Below are positions 1 through 64,000 of a stretch of 64,000 nt of DNA, piece after piece; the stretch's first letter is position 1; each line of letters begins with the position of its first letter. A program made the position numbers and the translations under genes. This DNA comes from Tubiluchus corallicola (Eukaryota > Animalia > Priapulida). The notes beneath the pieces were generated by a model. The model saw only the letters and a program-made list of their open reading frames with translations. It ran no database searches and was not told the DNA's origin. Where the stretch lies: positions 62,001-126,000 of the forward strand of contig JAQGDQ010000173.1 in the NCBI GenBank assembly GCA_030141605.1. The letters are read 5' to 3'.

Positions 1-262
1 GTTTTGATTGTGCATGCATTAGGCTGTTGTTGCATTAGCAAAGAGTTTTGATTGTGCATGCATTAGGCTGTTGTTGCAATAGCAAAGAGTTTTGATTGTG
101 CATGCATTAGGCTGTTGTTGCAATAGCAAAGAGTTTTGATTGTGCATGCATTAGGCTGTTGTTGCAATAGCAGAGTTTTGATTGTGCATGCATTAGGCTG
201 TTGTTGCATTAGCATTGAGTTTTGATTGTGCATGCATTAGGCTGTTGTTGCAATGGCATTGC
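1..262. repeat. 44-bp tandem repeat, about 6 copies, truncated at window start
   Basis: GTTTTGATTGTGCATGCATTAGGCTGTTGTTGCA(T/A)TAGCAAAGA recurs at 1, 45, 89, 133 and onward. Confidence 0.95.
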
Positions 263-1546
263 ATTTAACTGCTTACTGCAAATTAACAGCAATTTCGAGT
301 TTAATTCCGAATTAACAGTGTTGTTTTATGTTTAAGAACTTCAGTACTTAGTGTCACTCCAGTAGAATATGTGGCGTTAGATTTTGTTGATGATTTTTAA
401 ATCGTTAACTTCAAAAACAAGTTAAAAAAAGCTAAGGAAAGAAAGAAAGAAAAAAGACAAAGCAAAAGGACGAAAGAGAAAGAGAAATAAAAACGCGAGA
501 AGAAAAAAGAAATCAAAATGAAACTAATACTTGGAGAAAAACAGTATCTGCTACATAATGCTGTAGTGCAAGCATGGAGGAATTTTAGGGCTTAATGTGT
601 TGTAAAACACACGACTTTTTGTTGTCAACAGCACAGGACAAACTAATCTGTGCTCTGAGCTTTGAGCGTGACAAGCTGTTGAAGTTCATCTTTGGTGCAG
701 CTGCTGAAATTCAGGAAATTTCTTGTTTAAAATCAGTTGCTGATTTGTGCAAATCACGGAGATCTGATTCCTTTATTTCTGGAAAATAAGTATAGCAATT
801 TGCGAAAAAATGAAAAAGACAATGAAGTTAACCTGGCTCATAGAGGGTCCAGCGAGAGTATGCAAATGGTAGATTTCCTGGCCTGTGAAATGTTGCACCA
901 CTGCAAAAATCAACCCAAACTTTTTTTTTACTATGTGTTTTGTTAACTTGCTTTTAGTTAGTCCTCTACCTGAATTTGTATTCTGCTTTACAATAATAGA
1001 TGCATTTTTCTGTTGATCTATGCAGTTTTTGAACAAAATATGTTTTTTTATCATTTTTGGGGCATCATGCAGCCCTAATGGTGATCACAGTATGATGTGA
1101 CATTATGCCTGTGTTGATTGTAATTACACTTGTATAATTTATTTGTTATTAATTTGTACAAATTTTATTATGTGTTATTATAGTGGATGTATAGACATTT
1201 TTTATTTTATTTGTATATATAGTTAGTTTATTTTGGCTTTTAGTTGAGTTTGTTGAAGAAGTCATTTGACCAAAACACCTGCAGTAGCTGCTTGGCATTG
1301 CTAACAACCAAACAAGACGTCATTATGTGCAATGTAAGGCCCATTGTCTGGGGGTTTACCTCTTTTATGGGGTGCTGCCTTTTGTTGTCCACTTTCGTCA
1401 TGAAAATTGCTTCATTCTCATGAAACTTCGGTCATCCGGTAAAAATTGTATGTCACCATCATCCGAATCTTTATCATAGCTTGCATGTTTGATAGCTCGA
1501 GATTATTTTATCACACATTTTCAAAGTTAAAGATTTGAAAGTATTG

Positions 1547-1707
1547 AAACAATGGCGTGCAGTCTTTGAATAACGATTGCACATTACGTGTGCTGCCACG
1601 AAACAGTGGCGTGCAGTCTTTGAATAACGATTGCACATTAAGTGTGCCGCCACGAAACAATGGCGTGCAGTCTTTGAATAACGATTGCACATTACGTGTG
1701 CTGCCAC
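1547..1707. repeat. 54-bp tandem repeat, 3 copies
   Basis: AAACA(A/G)TGGCGTGCAGTCTTTGAATAACGATTGCACATTA... at 1547, 1601, 1655. Confidence 0.9.
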
Positions 1708-3061
1708 TAACGCCACAAATGGGTGAAAGAAAGGGGGGGAATGTTGCATCATTTTGATGTTGGATTTAGAATGCATTCTCACAGACAGTATTGTGGGTAA
1801 TTATTTCGTTTTTCGAATAAGTAATTGTGTCAAGCTAATGTAATCACTGTGTTTGTTATTTTCCATCAAATTGCTGTGTGTATCAGACAGTTGACGTCTG
1901 CACTTATTTTAATGTATGATTGTCTCAAAGGTGTAGCAAGTTTGTAAAGCTTTCAGAACTGTTCATCCTTTCACTGTACGAAATTGTGGGGAAAAGTGTG
2001 TCGTAGTTTCAGTGCCGTCGGGCTTATCTTCAGTTAAAAACACAAGATTTTAGACCGTGAAGATGGTGTTGCATGCACAAAAACATTAAACTGTAAAATG
2101 TGGTAGAACACGACTGAAAAGTAAAGCCACAAAAAATGAATAACAAGCTCAAACATTAGTTACACTGTGAATTCTAAAATATGCACAGAGCTTCTGTGTA
2201 AAAGAAATCAACTTTATTTTCTGTTCATTAAGTTCAACTACTCAAAAGGTAAAACAAAAATATTTTTTAACATTTAAGAGTTGTAAATGCCAGCAGCCTG
2301 TGGAATTTCAGAAAGTGCAAATTCAAAAAAGCACTGCCTTCCTAATGTTAATCTGTATGATACAATAATGAGTATATTTTCACAAACAAAATAATGCATT
2401 TAGACTGTCTGCGTTATCATTTACAGAGAACTAGTGTGAACGTTGTTCATTATGTTCTTCTAGTGCAATAATTGAATTACGATTCATGTTGTTGTAGCAG
2501 AGTATAGTAATATAGTTTTATTCTCACATACTTATTGAGTATCTCTTCTTTTTAATGCTGTTATTTTTTACATGTCATTGCCCTAAGTTTCTCAAAATTA
2601 GGACCTAATCTTACCAGTTTCAGTGTTAATATAGCACTGGCTGAGGCTATCATCTGAGGCTGATCAAACTATGTGACTGCTGTGAAAATTCCGAAACAAA
2701 ATGTGAACGTACCCAAGTTGTAGCAAATGTGCACAGCACTAAACAACACATAAACTGCATTTTAAAGGCAAACGTCTGTAACTGACTTAGGAACAGAATA
2801 TGTAAAAAAAACTTTCACATGAAGTCAGTATAACATACAAAATAGATTTCAGACAGTCTGCACAGCCTTTCACCAACAAAGTAGTAAGAATTCTAAGTTG
2901 AATGTTCTAAAATCACGATCACTGTGCTTTTTAAGAGCCAATTCGCAAAAGTGCATAACATGTTACTCCTAGAGATTATATCAGTAATACCAGTAGTCAA
3001 TTCATTTTATTTGTACGCTTTATTAACACAATCTGTTGTCACAATTATTTATTACAAGAAT

Positions 3062-8503
<5,442 letters not shown>

Positions 8504-8549
8504 CTTGTTTCTGAAGAAAAAGAAGGATAAATTAAAGGCATTAACAACA

Positions 8550-8613
8550 AATTTGAAAAACACGTTGTTGCATTAACATTTGAAAAACACGTTGTTGCAT
8601 TAACATTTGAAAA
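8550..8613. repeat. 27-bp tandem repeat, about 2.5 copies, near RPS14 acceptor
   Basis: TTTGAAAAACACGTTGTTGCATTAACA repeated. Confidence 0.8.
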
Positions 8614-9335
8614 AAACACCCGAGATGCATTAGCATTTCACTGTCAAACTATTAGAGAAAGCAAAATACAACAGACTCTGCATAATTCGGTTCTGTGTAA
8701 CTGGCAATATCATTTACCTCACACAGGATTAGATAGAATGGATTGTTTCTATATATCTTAACATTAAAGCAATCGTAAAGCTTGGTATATTGCAGAATTT
8801 GGTAGATTTTAGAGTTCTGAACAATCTACATAAAACCTATTCTATTTATTCTGCTTATCTTGGACATTGCGATTGCGATACTCGACTCTCTCCACCTATC
8901 AGAGGCGGGCACTTTTATAGGGTGCAAAGTTTATTCTTCTATAACGCTGATCTTTTAGTTGTCTTTTCCAAATTTAATGTCTTTATTTGTCTTTATCCTG
9001 TAATCCATGCATTCATTCACTAGATTTCTAATTCTTAGCAATCTTTCCTTTTCACTGTTCATTAATATATCTGAGTTCAATATCTGACATGCAGAAATAT
9101 AGGTCAGTATAATGAATGTGCACTTTCCCGGGTGTCCCATCAGCAGGGGTGTAAAAACAATCAGAAACCTAATCAATAAACAGCCCACATTTGTAAAAAC
9201 GCTCAACGAGTTGTCACTGCACGATTTATTGCTGGTCACCTGTATGGAGAGATATTGTATATAAGCGAGATGCCAGGAAGCTTCGAGTTTGGTCTAAATG
9301 TTCAAACGGTCAAAATATGTTATCAAAAAATGATC

Positions 9336-9550
9336 TTGATTATGTGAACGTGAACATGAACTTGAGCTTATGGTGGCAAACAAACTTGAATAAACAGTTT
9401 GATTATGTGAACATGAACATGAACTTGAACTTATGGTGGTGAACAAGCTTGAATAAACAGTTTGATTATGTGAACATGAACATGAACTTGAACTTATGGT
9501 GGTGAACAAGCTTGAATAAACAGTTTGATTATGTGAACGTGAACATGAAC
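9336..9550. repeat. 63-bp tandem repeat, about 3.4 copies
   Basis: TTGATTATGTGAAC(G/A)TGAACATGAACTTGA... at 9336, 9399, 9462, 9525. Confidence 0.9.
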
Positions 9551-11279
9551 TAAACGTCTTTGCCGAACTAGATTTATCATGCAACACGGAGTTTCTTTTT
9601 TCCCTAAGCATTCAAACTACGTCAAGCTTACTGTATATTAAAGGGCAAGAAAAGGGGTACCTGAAGTAGGTTTCAGAAAAATCGCCTTAAAAAATTATAT
9701 TACTTTATAGCAATTTTATGCATATATCGTACTCGCACTGAAAGGAATTTTAGTTTGTCTTCATTTTAGATCTCCCGCAATACTGTTCCGAAGTCGCCAT
9801 TACATGACGTCATGTACCAAACGTAAATCAAGGGAAGAAAAGGCAATGTTAAATTACGTCTCAAAAGACTTTCCATGCAAATCTATGTTACTTAGATTTT
9901 CGCTTACCTGCTAGAAAGACTTATGTAACTAGAAAAGAAAATTATTAATTATTCAAAATGTTTTCACCAGTTGGCAAAATGTCGCTGACTCACCCTCCAG
10001 GGTGCACCACTCATTAACCAAAAAATGTATTTTTAACGCTACGAACACTCTGATTATTTTTTCAAACTTTACAAAATGTTATCTAAACTTGTTTCAAATG
10101 ACCTGTCGTGAAAATGGCTGCATCTAACGCTCATCGCGGGAGTTTAAATTTACATGTTTTATACAGCGTGACTGCCAGTTGAAGTCCTGAACGCAAAAAG
10201 GCAGTGCGTAAGTGATATAAAATTTCAAAACGAATTTTTTAAGCTTTATGTTTTTGAAGGGTTTTCTTGTGCTTTAAGACAATACACGAGAATTCCCCTC
10301 TTTTGGCATCATGACAGTTCTATAGTAGGCCCACTCATGTAAATACATGTGCTCAGTGATACATTTTGAAGTTTAGAACCTTTTTTTCACGGGCGGCCCT
10401 TTTACACAGATTAGCATATAATTAGCCCGTGTTTAAGTAAGTCATCTATGCAGAAAAGGTCATGAACCCTCGAATCAAGAAGGTTTTAACTCCCACGGGG
10501 CCTTCTATTCCTTGGGGTTGCCCAAGACTATTGAACCTATACTATCAACGAGTACATGTTGGTGCAAAAAAAACACATTATGTCAACACTGGAGAGTCGT
10601 TGTTTTGTGTGACTGTAAAAAATGGCAGGAGTAAGCAAAATGTATCATAAATTCATTAGTAAAACTAAAATGTAAAAAGAAACTAGAATTAAAATGAAGT
10701 TGTTAAGCTTAATGGATGAAACTATGATGTGCTACTCAACAAATAGCTAGACTTATTGAGTACATAATAATTTATATATTATTTAAGAATGTAAAACGGT
10801 GTAAGGGAAGTGTGTCAATCAGTTAACATTATAAGATTTGGGCAGCCTAATAGTAATATAAGGGCTTGCACAGCTTTTCAAATGACGAAATAGATCTACG
10901 AAATTCCTTACCGGAAGTTATGAGACAAAAAACGACCAACGGTTTTAAAGATGCACTATACAAGAGGCCTCCTATAATTAATACATTTGACGTATGACTG
11001 GAAGCATTGCACGTTTTTGTAATATATATCAATATCTATATATGAAGGGCAAAATGCGCCTCTTACTATTTGTGTGCAGATAACTATTACAGCAAGCACG
11101 AAAGTTTGTCGGGGTCACGCACAGATACGCGTTTCATACTTCTCGAACACTACTACAGTATACGTAAAGTTAGGTTTTTGTGTGCACTGAAATAAAACCT
11201 AAAACCCAACTTCTACTAATGCTAAAGACAAAAAATTAACAAGAAAGAACTAGAAATTCTCAATGCAAAATACACTTAC

Positions 11280-11322
11280 TTAAAATTACACTTCTCTTCC
11301 TCGAGACCTAACAGCGAAAAGA
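11280..11322 (-). promoter_or_regulatory. RPS14: Probable RPS14 non-coding first exon with TCT/5'TOP start
   Basis: Minus strand TCTTTTC matches the TCT initiator YC+1TYTYY (C at 11321), followed about 42 nt later by a GTAAGT donor at 11279; RPS14 coding exon has an acceptor (8511) 7 nt before the ATG. Confidence 0.7.
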
Positions 11323-11989
11323 CCACATCGTAAATTCTGATAAACGGTGTGCATGGCAATTTCCGAAAATCATTCCCCATTTTCTGCGCCCACATCACCT
11401 TCAGGGTCAGTCGCCTCCAAGGCCTCTGCCATCATATTTATCATTGTGTCCAGTGTTAGTGTGCGTCTGGTTTAATGTAGACCCAGTAAAATCTTATTAA
11501 CAACAGCACATGGTTTTTCTCTTTAACAACCAAAATACTGAAGTTCAATGATATGTAATTGCAGTCTAAACTATTGTTACGACTGCAAAGTGATATTTAT
11601 TTCCACACTCCCACCCTACTGACACATTGAGATGGTTCAATCCACTATGAAGCCACTGCATATCAGTGTTGCATAGCAGTTATAAGTAGCTGGTTACGGA
11701 ATGGTAGCTTGTCTGTTCAACTGGTTGCCGGATAGGCATGTTTAACATCTCAGCACTTGTTCCTTGTAACTTGCACGGAACACAGGGGACTCTGACAAGT
11801 TTAATCTATTAAAATAATCTGTTTCTTTTGAACTAGCGAATCAGCACCATCCGCTCAACATTAAACTGGTAGTCAGTATGGGGGACTGGTAGTTCAAAAC
11901 CACCCCAGTGGGCTTGCACCTTCAGCCTCGTCAGTGACTAGCAAGTTTCAGAAAATGCATAGTCGAGCCACATCAAATCTGCAGAGCAT

Positions 11990-12690
11990 TCAGCCTATCA
12001 TCTTGCCCAAGGGAAACCATATAAGTCATTTGGAGATACAACATCACCACAAAAACCATTGCCACGTTGGCAGAGAGCACGTAGCCACTTTCGTTCAGTG
12101 AAAATTTTGGATTATTAGAGCAAGAGTAATGATACGTCAAGTACTCAAAGACTGCATGCATTGTAGGTTGAGGTATAAAAAACCGATGGAACAGAAGCTA
12201 GCAAATCTGTCTAAGGAATGTTTAGATTCTAGAACCTTCTCTGTTGCAGGAATTGATTGCTTTGGCCACATGATGGTGAAGAGAGGGAGGACTCAAGTCA
12301 AATGCAATGGTGTGATAGTCACTTGCCTAGCAATCTGTAGTGTAGATTTAAAGGTTCTGTTCACCATTCGGCAGATTAGCTGATAAAAGCCATCCACAGG
12401 TTCTGTAGTCATAGGAGGAAGCCAGAGAGGTTCATCTCAGATTGTGGGACTAATTTTATTCCTGCTAAAGAGATAAATAGGGCAATATGTGAATAGAATC
12501 ACGACACAATCAGAAATAACATTGATCAGATAGAGTAGAATTGAGCTTCAACCCTCCAATAGGCCAGCACGTTGGTGGAACTTGGGAAGGCCTGATAAAG
12601 TCTGTCATAATGATCCTTTATTCTGCTGCCAATGAGCAATCTCTAGACGATGAAGGCCTCCAAAAACTCTTCTGTGTCACCTTATTTCAC
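11990..12690 (+). mobile_element. Decayed BEL/Pao LTR retrotransposon integrase fragment
   Basis: CMHC...PMEQKLANL...FSVAGIDCFGHMMVKRGRTQVK..GVIVTCL, then SDCGTNF and FNPPIGQHVGGTWEGLIKSV, interrupted by stops and frameshifts. Confidence 0.85.
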
Positions 12691-13988
12691 ATTATTTTTA
12701 AGACACAATCTCATGTTTTGCCTTCTCACAATTTTACTAGGCAAGAAAATTTTTTGTTTGATTAGTAACTGTTAGTGAGCACATTTAAGGAGGCCGCGTA
12801 AGATAAAACGAATTTTTTTGTAATGTGACTCCAGCGTGTTGAATGTCACATAACCTAAGGTACTGACTTACCTGGCTGCATGGGTGTGCAGAGATTGCTG
12901 GTTAAAATTGCTTTAGAATCTAGATCTGGTTTAAATTTTGAGGTTTGCACTGTGAAAAATGTAAATTGTGAGTCTATAATAGTCTGAGCCAGACAAGGAA
13001 ACAAGGATGTAAGTATTTAGTATCTTCTTTTTTTATTTTTCTGCAAAGTTAATGTGCAGTAATTTTCTGGGAACCTTTGAACTAAAATTTTTGGTTTGCT
13101 TGTTTATCAAATAAAACGTCATGGTTACACTGTTACTCATGCTTGTGATCATGTTGGATGAATTGGACAATTCCATAATAAAACTGGTCAAACTAAAAAG
13201 TAATTTTTCACTGGGTTACTATATTTGGAACGAATAACCGAAAATAAGAAAGTGAAAACAAAAAAAGTGAGGGTCAACTTGCACTTTCTGTCATAGAGTA
13301 ACTCGCAGCAAGTTTTGCCTTCTAGTCTGAACACGTCCTGCTAATTACTTGGAAAGTTACTTGACGGGTTAGCTCTCAAGAAAACTCGCCAGCCTGAACG
13401 CGCAGTGATTCCTCGGCGTTAGGGAACGTCCACTTCGTGGCAGATCCAAAAAGCACGTGACTGTTTAGCCAGCATCCACAATGCAGACTTTGCACTAAAA
13501 ATAAATTAGAAATTAGAAAATTAGCCGTTTTTACGGCTGATACGTGTTATTGATTACCGCTTGTTTTTTTATAACGTTACTTTGTTTTTTTTGAAAACGA
13601 AGGTCATAAAGGAGTGGCAATAAACGGAACGATAACAAATTCCTATTAAATTAAATTGCCGGAAATGCACGAAGGCGAATACCGTTCGTTCATCGAGCTT
13701 TGCCGAATTGATGCAGGTGCCATGTTTTGTTTTGTTTGATAGAGTAGTTGATTTCTCCATTGTCCTTGTGTCTTGTTTTAAGTGTATGGCGTAGGGATTA
13801 AGGATCAGTTTTATCGCGTGGCGTAACCGGTGTACTATTAGTCGCGATGTGCTGCCGTTTACTTCAAAGGAAGCATTAAAATTTAACGAATTACAAAATT
13901 CTAGATTAGCTTAAATGTCCGGGCTTTTGTCAGACTGTGTTTGCACTTAGGTTGACCCCGTCTTCGGCCTGTTGCCAAAGCTTGGCAA

Positions 13989-53199
<39,211 letters not shown>

Positions 53200-54429
53200 C
53201 ACATGAACCTATAGGAAATACACGAAAAGCATTTACTTTGTGTCGTATATACAATTATCTATATATAGGTATTCATTGTAAGTGTGTTGTTAAAATATAA
53301 GAAAAGTAAAATGTATGTTTACCAGTAATTTATTATCATTTTAACTACACTAGCATTGCATGTTATGTAAAAATATAGTTTGAGAGCTAAAGAATCCAAC
53401 ACAGAAAAGTTATGCAAATACGTATCACACTTACGTATATTGTTGAGCAATTTTTATGCCACTGTGGTGTTTACAAACTTTCTGTGGTTTATTGAAAAAA
53501 TAAAAAAAAAATTGTTTACTTATAAAGCAGTTGTACTAATTGTCTTATTTCGTAAATGAAATGGAAATTATGAAATCGAAAATATGATTTTAGACTCTCG
53601 AATGGTATTGTGATGCCGTCTATGATACCGAGGATTCATAATTAACTAAAGAAAATTGTAAAAAAGAAAAGAAAGAAATCAGTAAAATGAAACACTTAAC
53701 AACAGTTTATAGCTGACACTTACGCGTTGAGTGGAAATGCAAACCAAGGGGTTAAACCAAAAATTACTGAGTCACGACTGACTTAATAACAGCAACCAAG
53801 AAGAGAAAAACAAAATGAAACCGAAGCCGAACATGACCGAGAACGCACTGCCCTCGAATCTACGAGAACAGGTTGCACGCTCGAGAAAATTGGCCCCAGA
53901 AAACTGAGCTCTGATTGGCCCAGGCAATTTCACATTCAATACACTACATTTTCACGACGGTTTAATCCTGCGACCCGCCACACTGTGCTCCATGTTAAGA
54001 CATATTGGGGTCATCTTGCCTCGTACACCATTGCCTTATGGTTTCAGTTATATACATTTCCATTCCAAAAACTACACAAATTGTGCATCTGCATCAGATG
54101 TGTCATCTAGTAATTCAAGTAGCTTAACATTGACAGACTGACACGCGAGCATATAGCAAAACAATACAATGGCGCACTGTTTTAGAAATTCTTCCCCAAA
54201 GAGAGTCGTCCTGCACTCGCTGTGTAAACTGGAACTCATCAAAACAAATGTTAATAAACTCAATTATGACTAGACCCGCAGCTTGGTATCAAAACATTTT
54301 GCAGCTGAGATTGTATAATTAATAAAGCAAATGCAGGTTTGATATGAACTCGAAAGTTCATATTAAGAAACTTGTCTAACTATGAAGCAAAGCCGTCATT
54401 AATTTATCGACGTCGCTGTTAATAGTTAA

Positions 54430-54840
54430 AAAACTACGGCCATATCACGTTGAAAACACCGGTTCTCGTCTGATCACCAAAGTTAAGCAACGTAGATCCT
54501 GGTTAGTACTTCGATGGGTGACCGCCTAGGAATACCAGGTGCTGTAGGCTTGCGGGATACCCACACTGTATCTCGACACTAGGCGGAGGAGCTGCACAAG
54601 CAGCCAACGGCTAGAGGGCGGAGGAGGTCAAGTGACCCAACGGCCATGTGTAGAGGAGTAAACCTTCCAAATCAGGAGTGGAGCCCCGAAGGCGGACCAG
54701 TGCAGCATGCTCACTGACTCCGGTAGCTCCTGCAGCCAACCTTGTGCCAAACGTATTGCACCGCTTTCCTTTGGACTACACCAGGTATTGGTGCACACTC
54801 CATTGTCTTCCGAGACAGAAGGATGCCAATCACAACAATA
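54430..54840 (+). mobile_element. 5S rRNA-derived SINE (SINE3) with RTE-like body and tail, copy 2
   Basis: 5S head about 54432-54551 with no oligo-T terminator; body to 54785; tail CCATTGTCTTCCGAGACAGAAGGATGCCAATCACAACAA; TSD TTAATAGTTAA (54419-54429 / 54841-54851). Confidence 0.9.
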
Positions 54841-55890
54841 TTAATAGTTAACGGAATGTAATAACTTAGTGACAGGTTTGTGAAATCGGGTTTCTTTGTT
54901 CTAACATCAGTGGATAGAAAAACATTCGAAACTAAAACAACAACTGATAGAAAGTCAGTGTCTAAAGGAAGTCATTTACATGATCAGTTTGGCTTTTGTG
55001 TTCAAAAGTTCATCCATGTTGGTTTTTGTGCGTCAAGTTTAACTATGATAGTAATTTTCATCATTGCTAGGTACCATGTGAATTTGTTTATGCGCACACT
55101 GAATTTTGTACACAAAAGTTGTCAATGCTCAGTGTATTATATTGCAAGGTTATTGTCAGCATGTTGTGTATTACACAAAAGACAGAAGTGTTGTGTTTTG
55201 TTTCTCTCGGAAGGCTCGTAGAGAAAACCAGAAAACACTTCAAATTAAACTAGTTTATTAAGCGAGAATTCTACAACACGAAAGTATGATGGAACGCGAA
55301 ATGTTTACAGTAAACGTGAAAATCTGGGAAACGTTTTCAGAGTGTATCTCAACGTTTGAGTGTATCTGATAATACAGGTATACAAGAGAATTTGTAAGTG
55401 TGAATCTGCGTGTGTGTGTGTCAGCGGCCTGCTTCGCCTTATATAGCGTGCCCGAGAAGCTTCTAGAAGTTTCATTCCAGAACATTCTACATGGTAAGAT
55501 GATTATTCTAACGGAACATTCTACAATGTTCGATTTAATTCTAATAGATGCCAGCAATCTCCACAACAAGAAGCACGTGCTGGGGATAACATTAAATTAA
55601 ATTAGATTTTAAGAAAAGGGACCACTTCTAAGAAAATGCAGTACAGTGATGGTTGTGGCTTTAAAAACAACATAGAATTTTATTAAACAAGATAAAAGTA
55701 TTTTTTACGCTACAACAAAAAACAATCGCTACATTTGAATTTTATTACATTAAAATGCCGTTGTAATGTAACTGTATATAACTCTATTGAATTTATTACA
55801 TTAAAATACTACTTTATTGTAAATCGATTGGCAATTTAATATAATATATCAGCAGGATAAGGATCTCAGTTAAGTAGACACACAAGCTTG

Positions 55891-63180
<7,290 letters not shown>

Positions 63181-64000
63181 CTGCACAAAAAGTGCCCAAT
63201 AAAATTTAAGTATGTACATTCTTTGTTAAAACTACTTTACAAATCAACCTTTTAACAGTTATATTTTCAGTTTCTTAATATGTACAGATAAATACTTGCC
63301 TGAATGAATGCAGTTAATTGAGATAATAAAAATTTTACACTTTAGACAACCTAAATTACAGAAATTAGAACTACTCAGTGCATAAAAAACAGTTGGAAGC
63401 TGACGTTAACATCTGGTCAATAACAACAAATTCTTTTATGTAAATAAAACTAATATTTCGACAGTCAGGTCACTATCAATCGAAGCCATAATCACAGAAT
63501 AAAACAACTCATAATAATTCTTCTCACTGTGTAAAACTGTATTTAACCTGACTAAACTATATTAGTATTTACGTACATCCTGCTTCCAATGCGGGATCTT
63601 TTGGGACCCCTAAGCTAATGAAATTACGAGGCCCACTCAGACGTAGTCACCCTGTAACTCTCTCACACCAGTCTCTGAATCAACATATGGTTGTACTTGG
63701 TTTATTTTATATCTAATCAAGCTTATTTATGTAGAATTCCATGCTGAATACAGTTGAAATTTTTATGCGTAGCTGTCCTTTCATTTATATATTTGTGTAA
63801 GTTTTTTTTATTTCTCTGTATTTCAAACCTTTGATCTATTTAGTTTGAGAAATGTTACGGATTGCAATAATGTATATTCATTGCCCGATGTGCATATAAA
63901 GCAAATTTTATTAGTTTTGTTTTTTGGTTTATGATTACGTAACATGCACTACAAAAAGTTAAAGAATCTTACCTAACTTAATTAGGTAATTAATTAACTA

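Noticed and set aside
595-946. Short ORFs near window start as exons or transposase relic
   Set aside because: No recognisable motif or consistent splice structure
9967-10592. Possible DNA transposon remnant with CCAG...CTGG ends
   Set aside because: Inverted repeat too imperfect, no TSD, single copy
54432-54551. Functional 5S rRNA gene (also about 36150-36266)
   Set aside because: Diverged copies, no oligo-T terminator, fused to a shared body with TSD; these are SINE heads

Overview
AT-rich animal (probably invertebrate) nuclear DNA with three spliced protein genes. (1) RPS14 on the minus strand: 4 coding exons, 151 aa, plus a likely 5'TOP/TCT first exon, and an intronic C/D-box snoRNA predicted to guide 18S Am99. 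(2) A complete 27-coding-exon ZSWIM8 (Dora/EBAX-1) gene on the plus strand, about 1844 aa, head-to-head with RPS14. (3) The 3' part of an NRF-6-like acyltransferase-3 gene on the minus strand, converging on ZSWIM8. Introns are full of small mobile elements: hAT, Tigger-like and piggyBac MITEs, non-autonomous Helitrons, LINE tails, a BEL/Pao integrase relic, 5S-headed SINEs with RTE-like bodies and a tRNA SINE. The most unusual signal is a run of tandem arrays in the 3' ZSWIM8 introns that reiterate splice signals: 22 copies of a real 3' splice junction, about 50 copies of a real 5' donor with five in-frame 33-nt pseudo-exons, and about 23 branchpoint+AG units inside a MITE in the last intron. 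Exon structures were worked out by hand from frame and GT/AG logic and have no transcript support.
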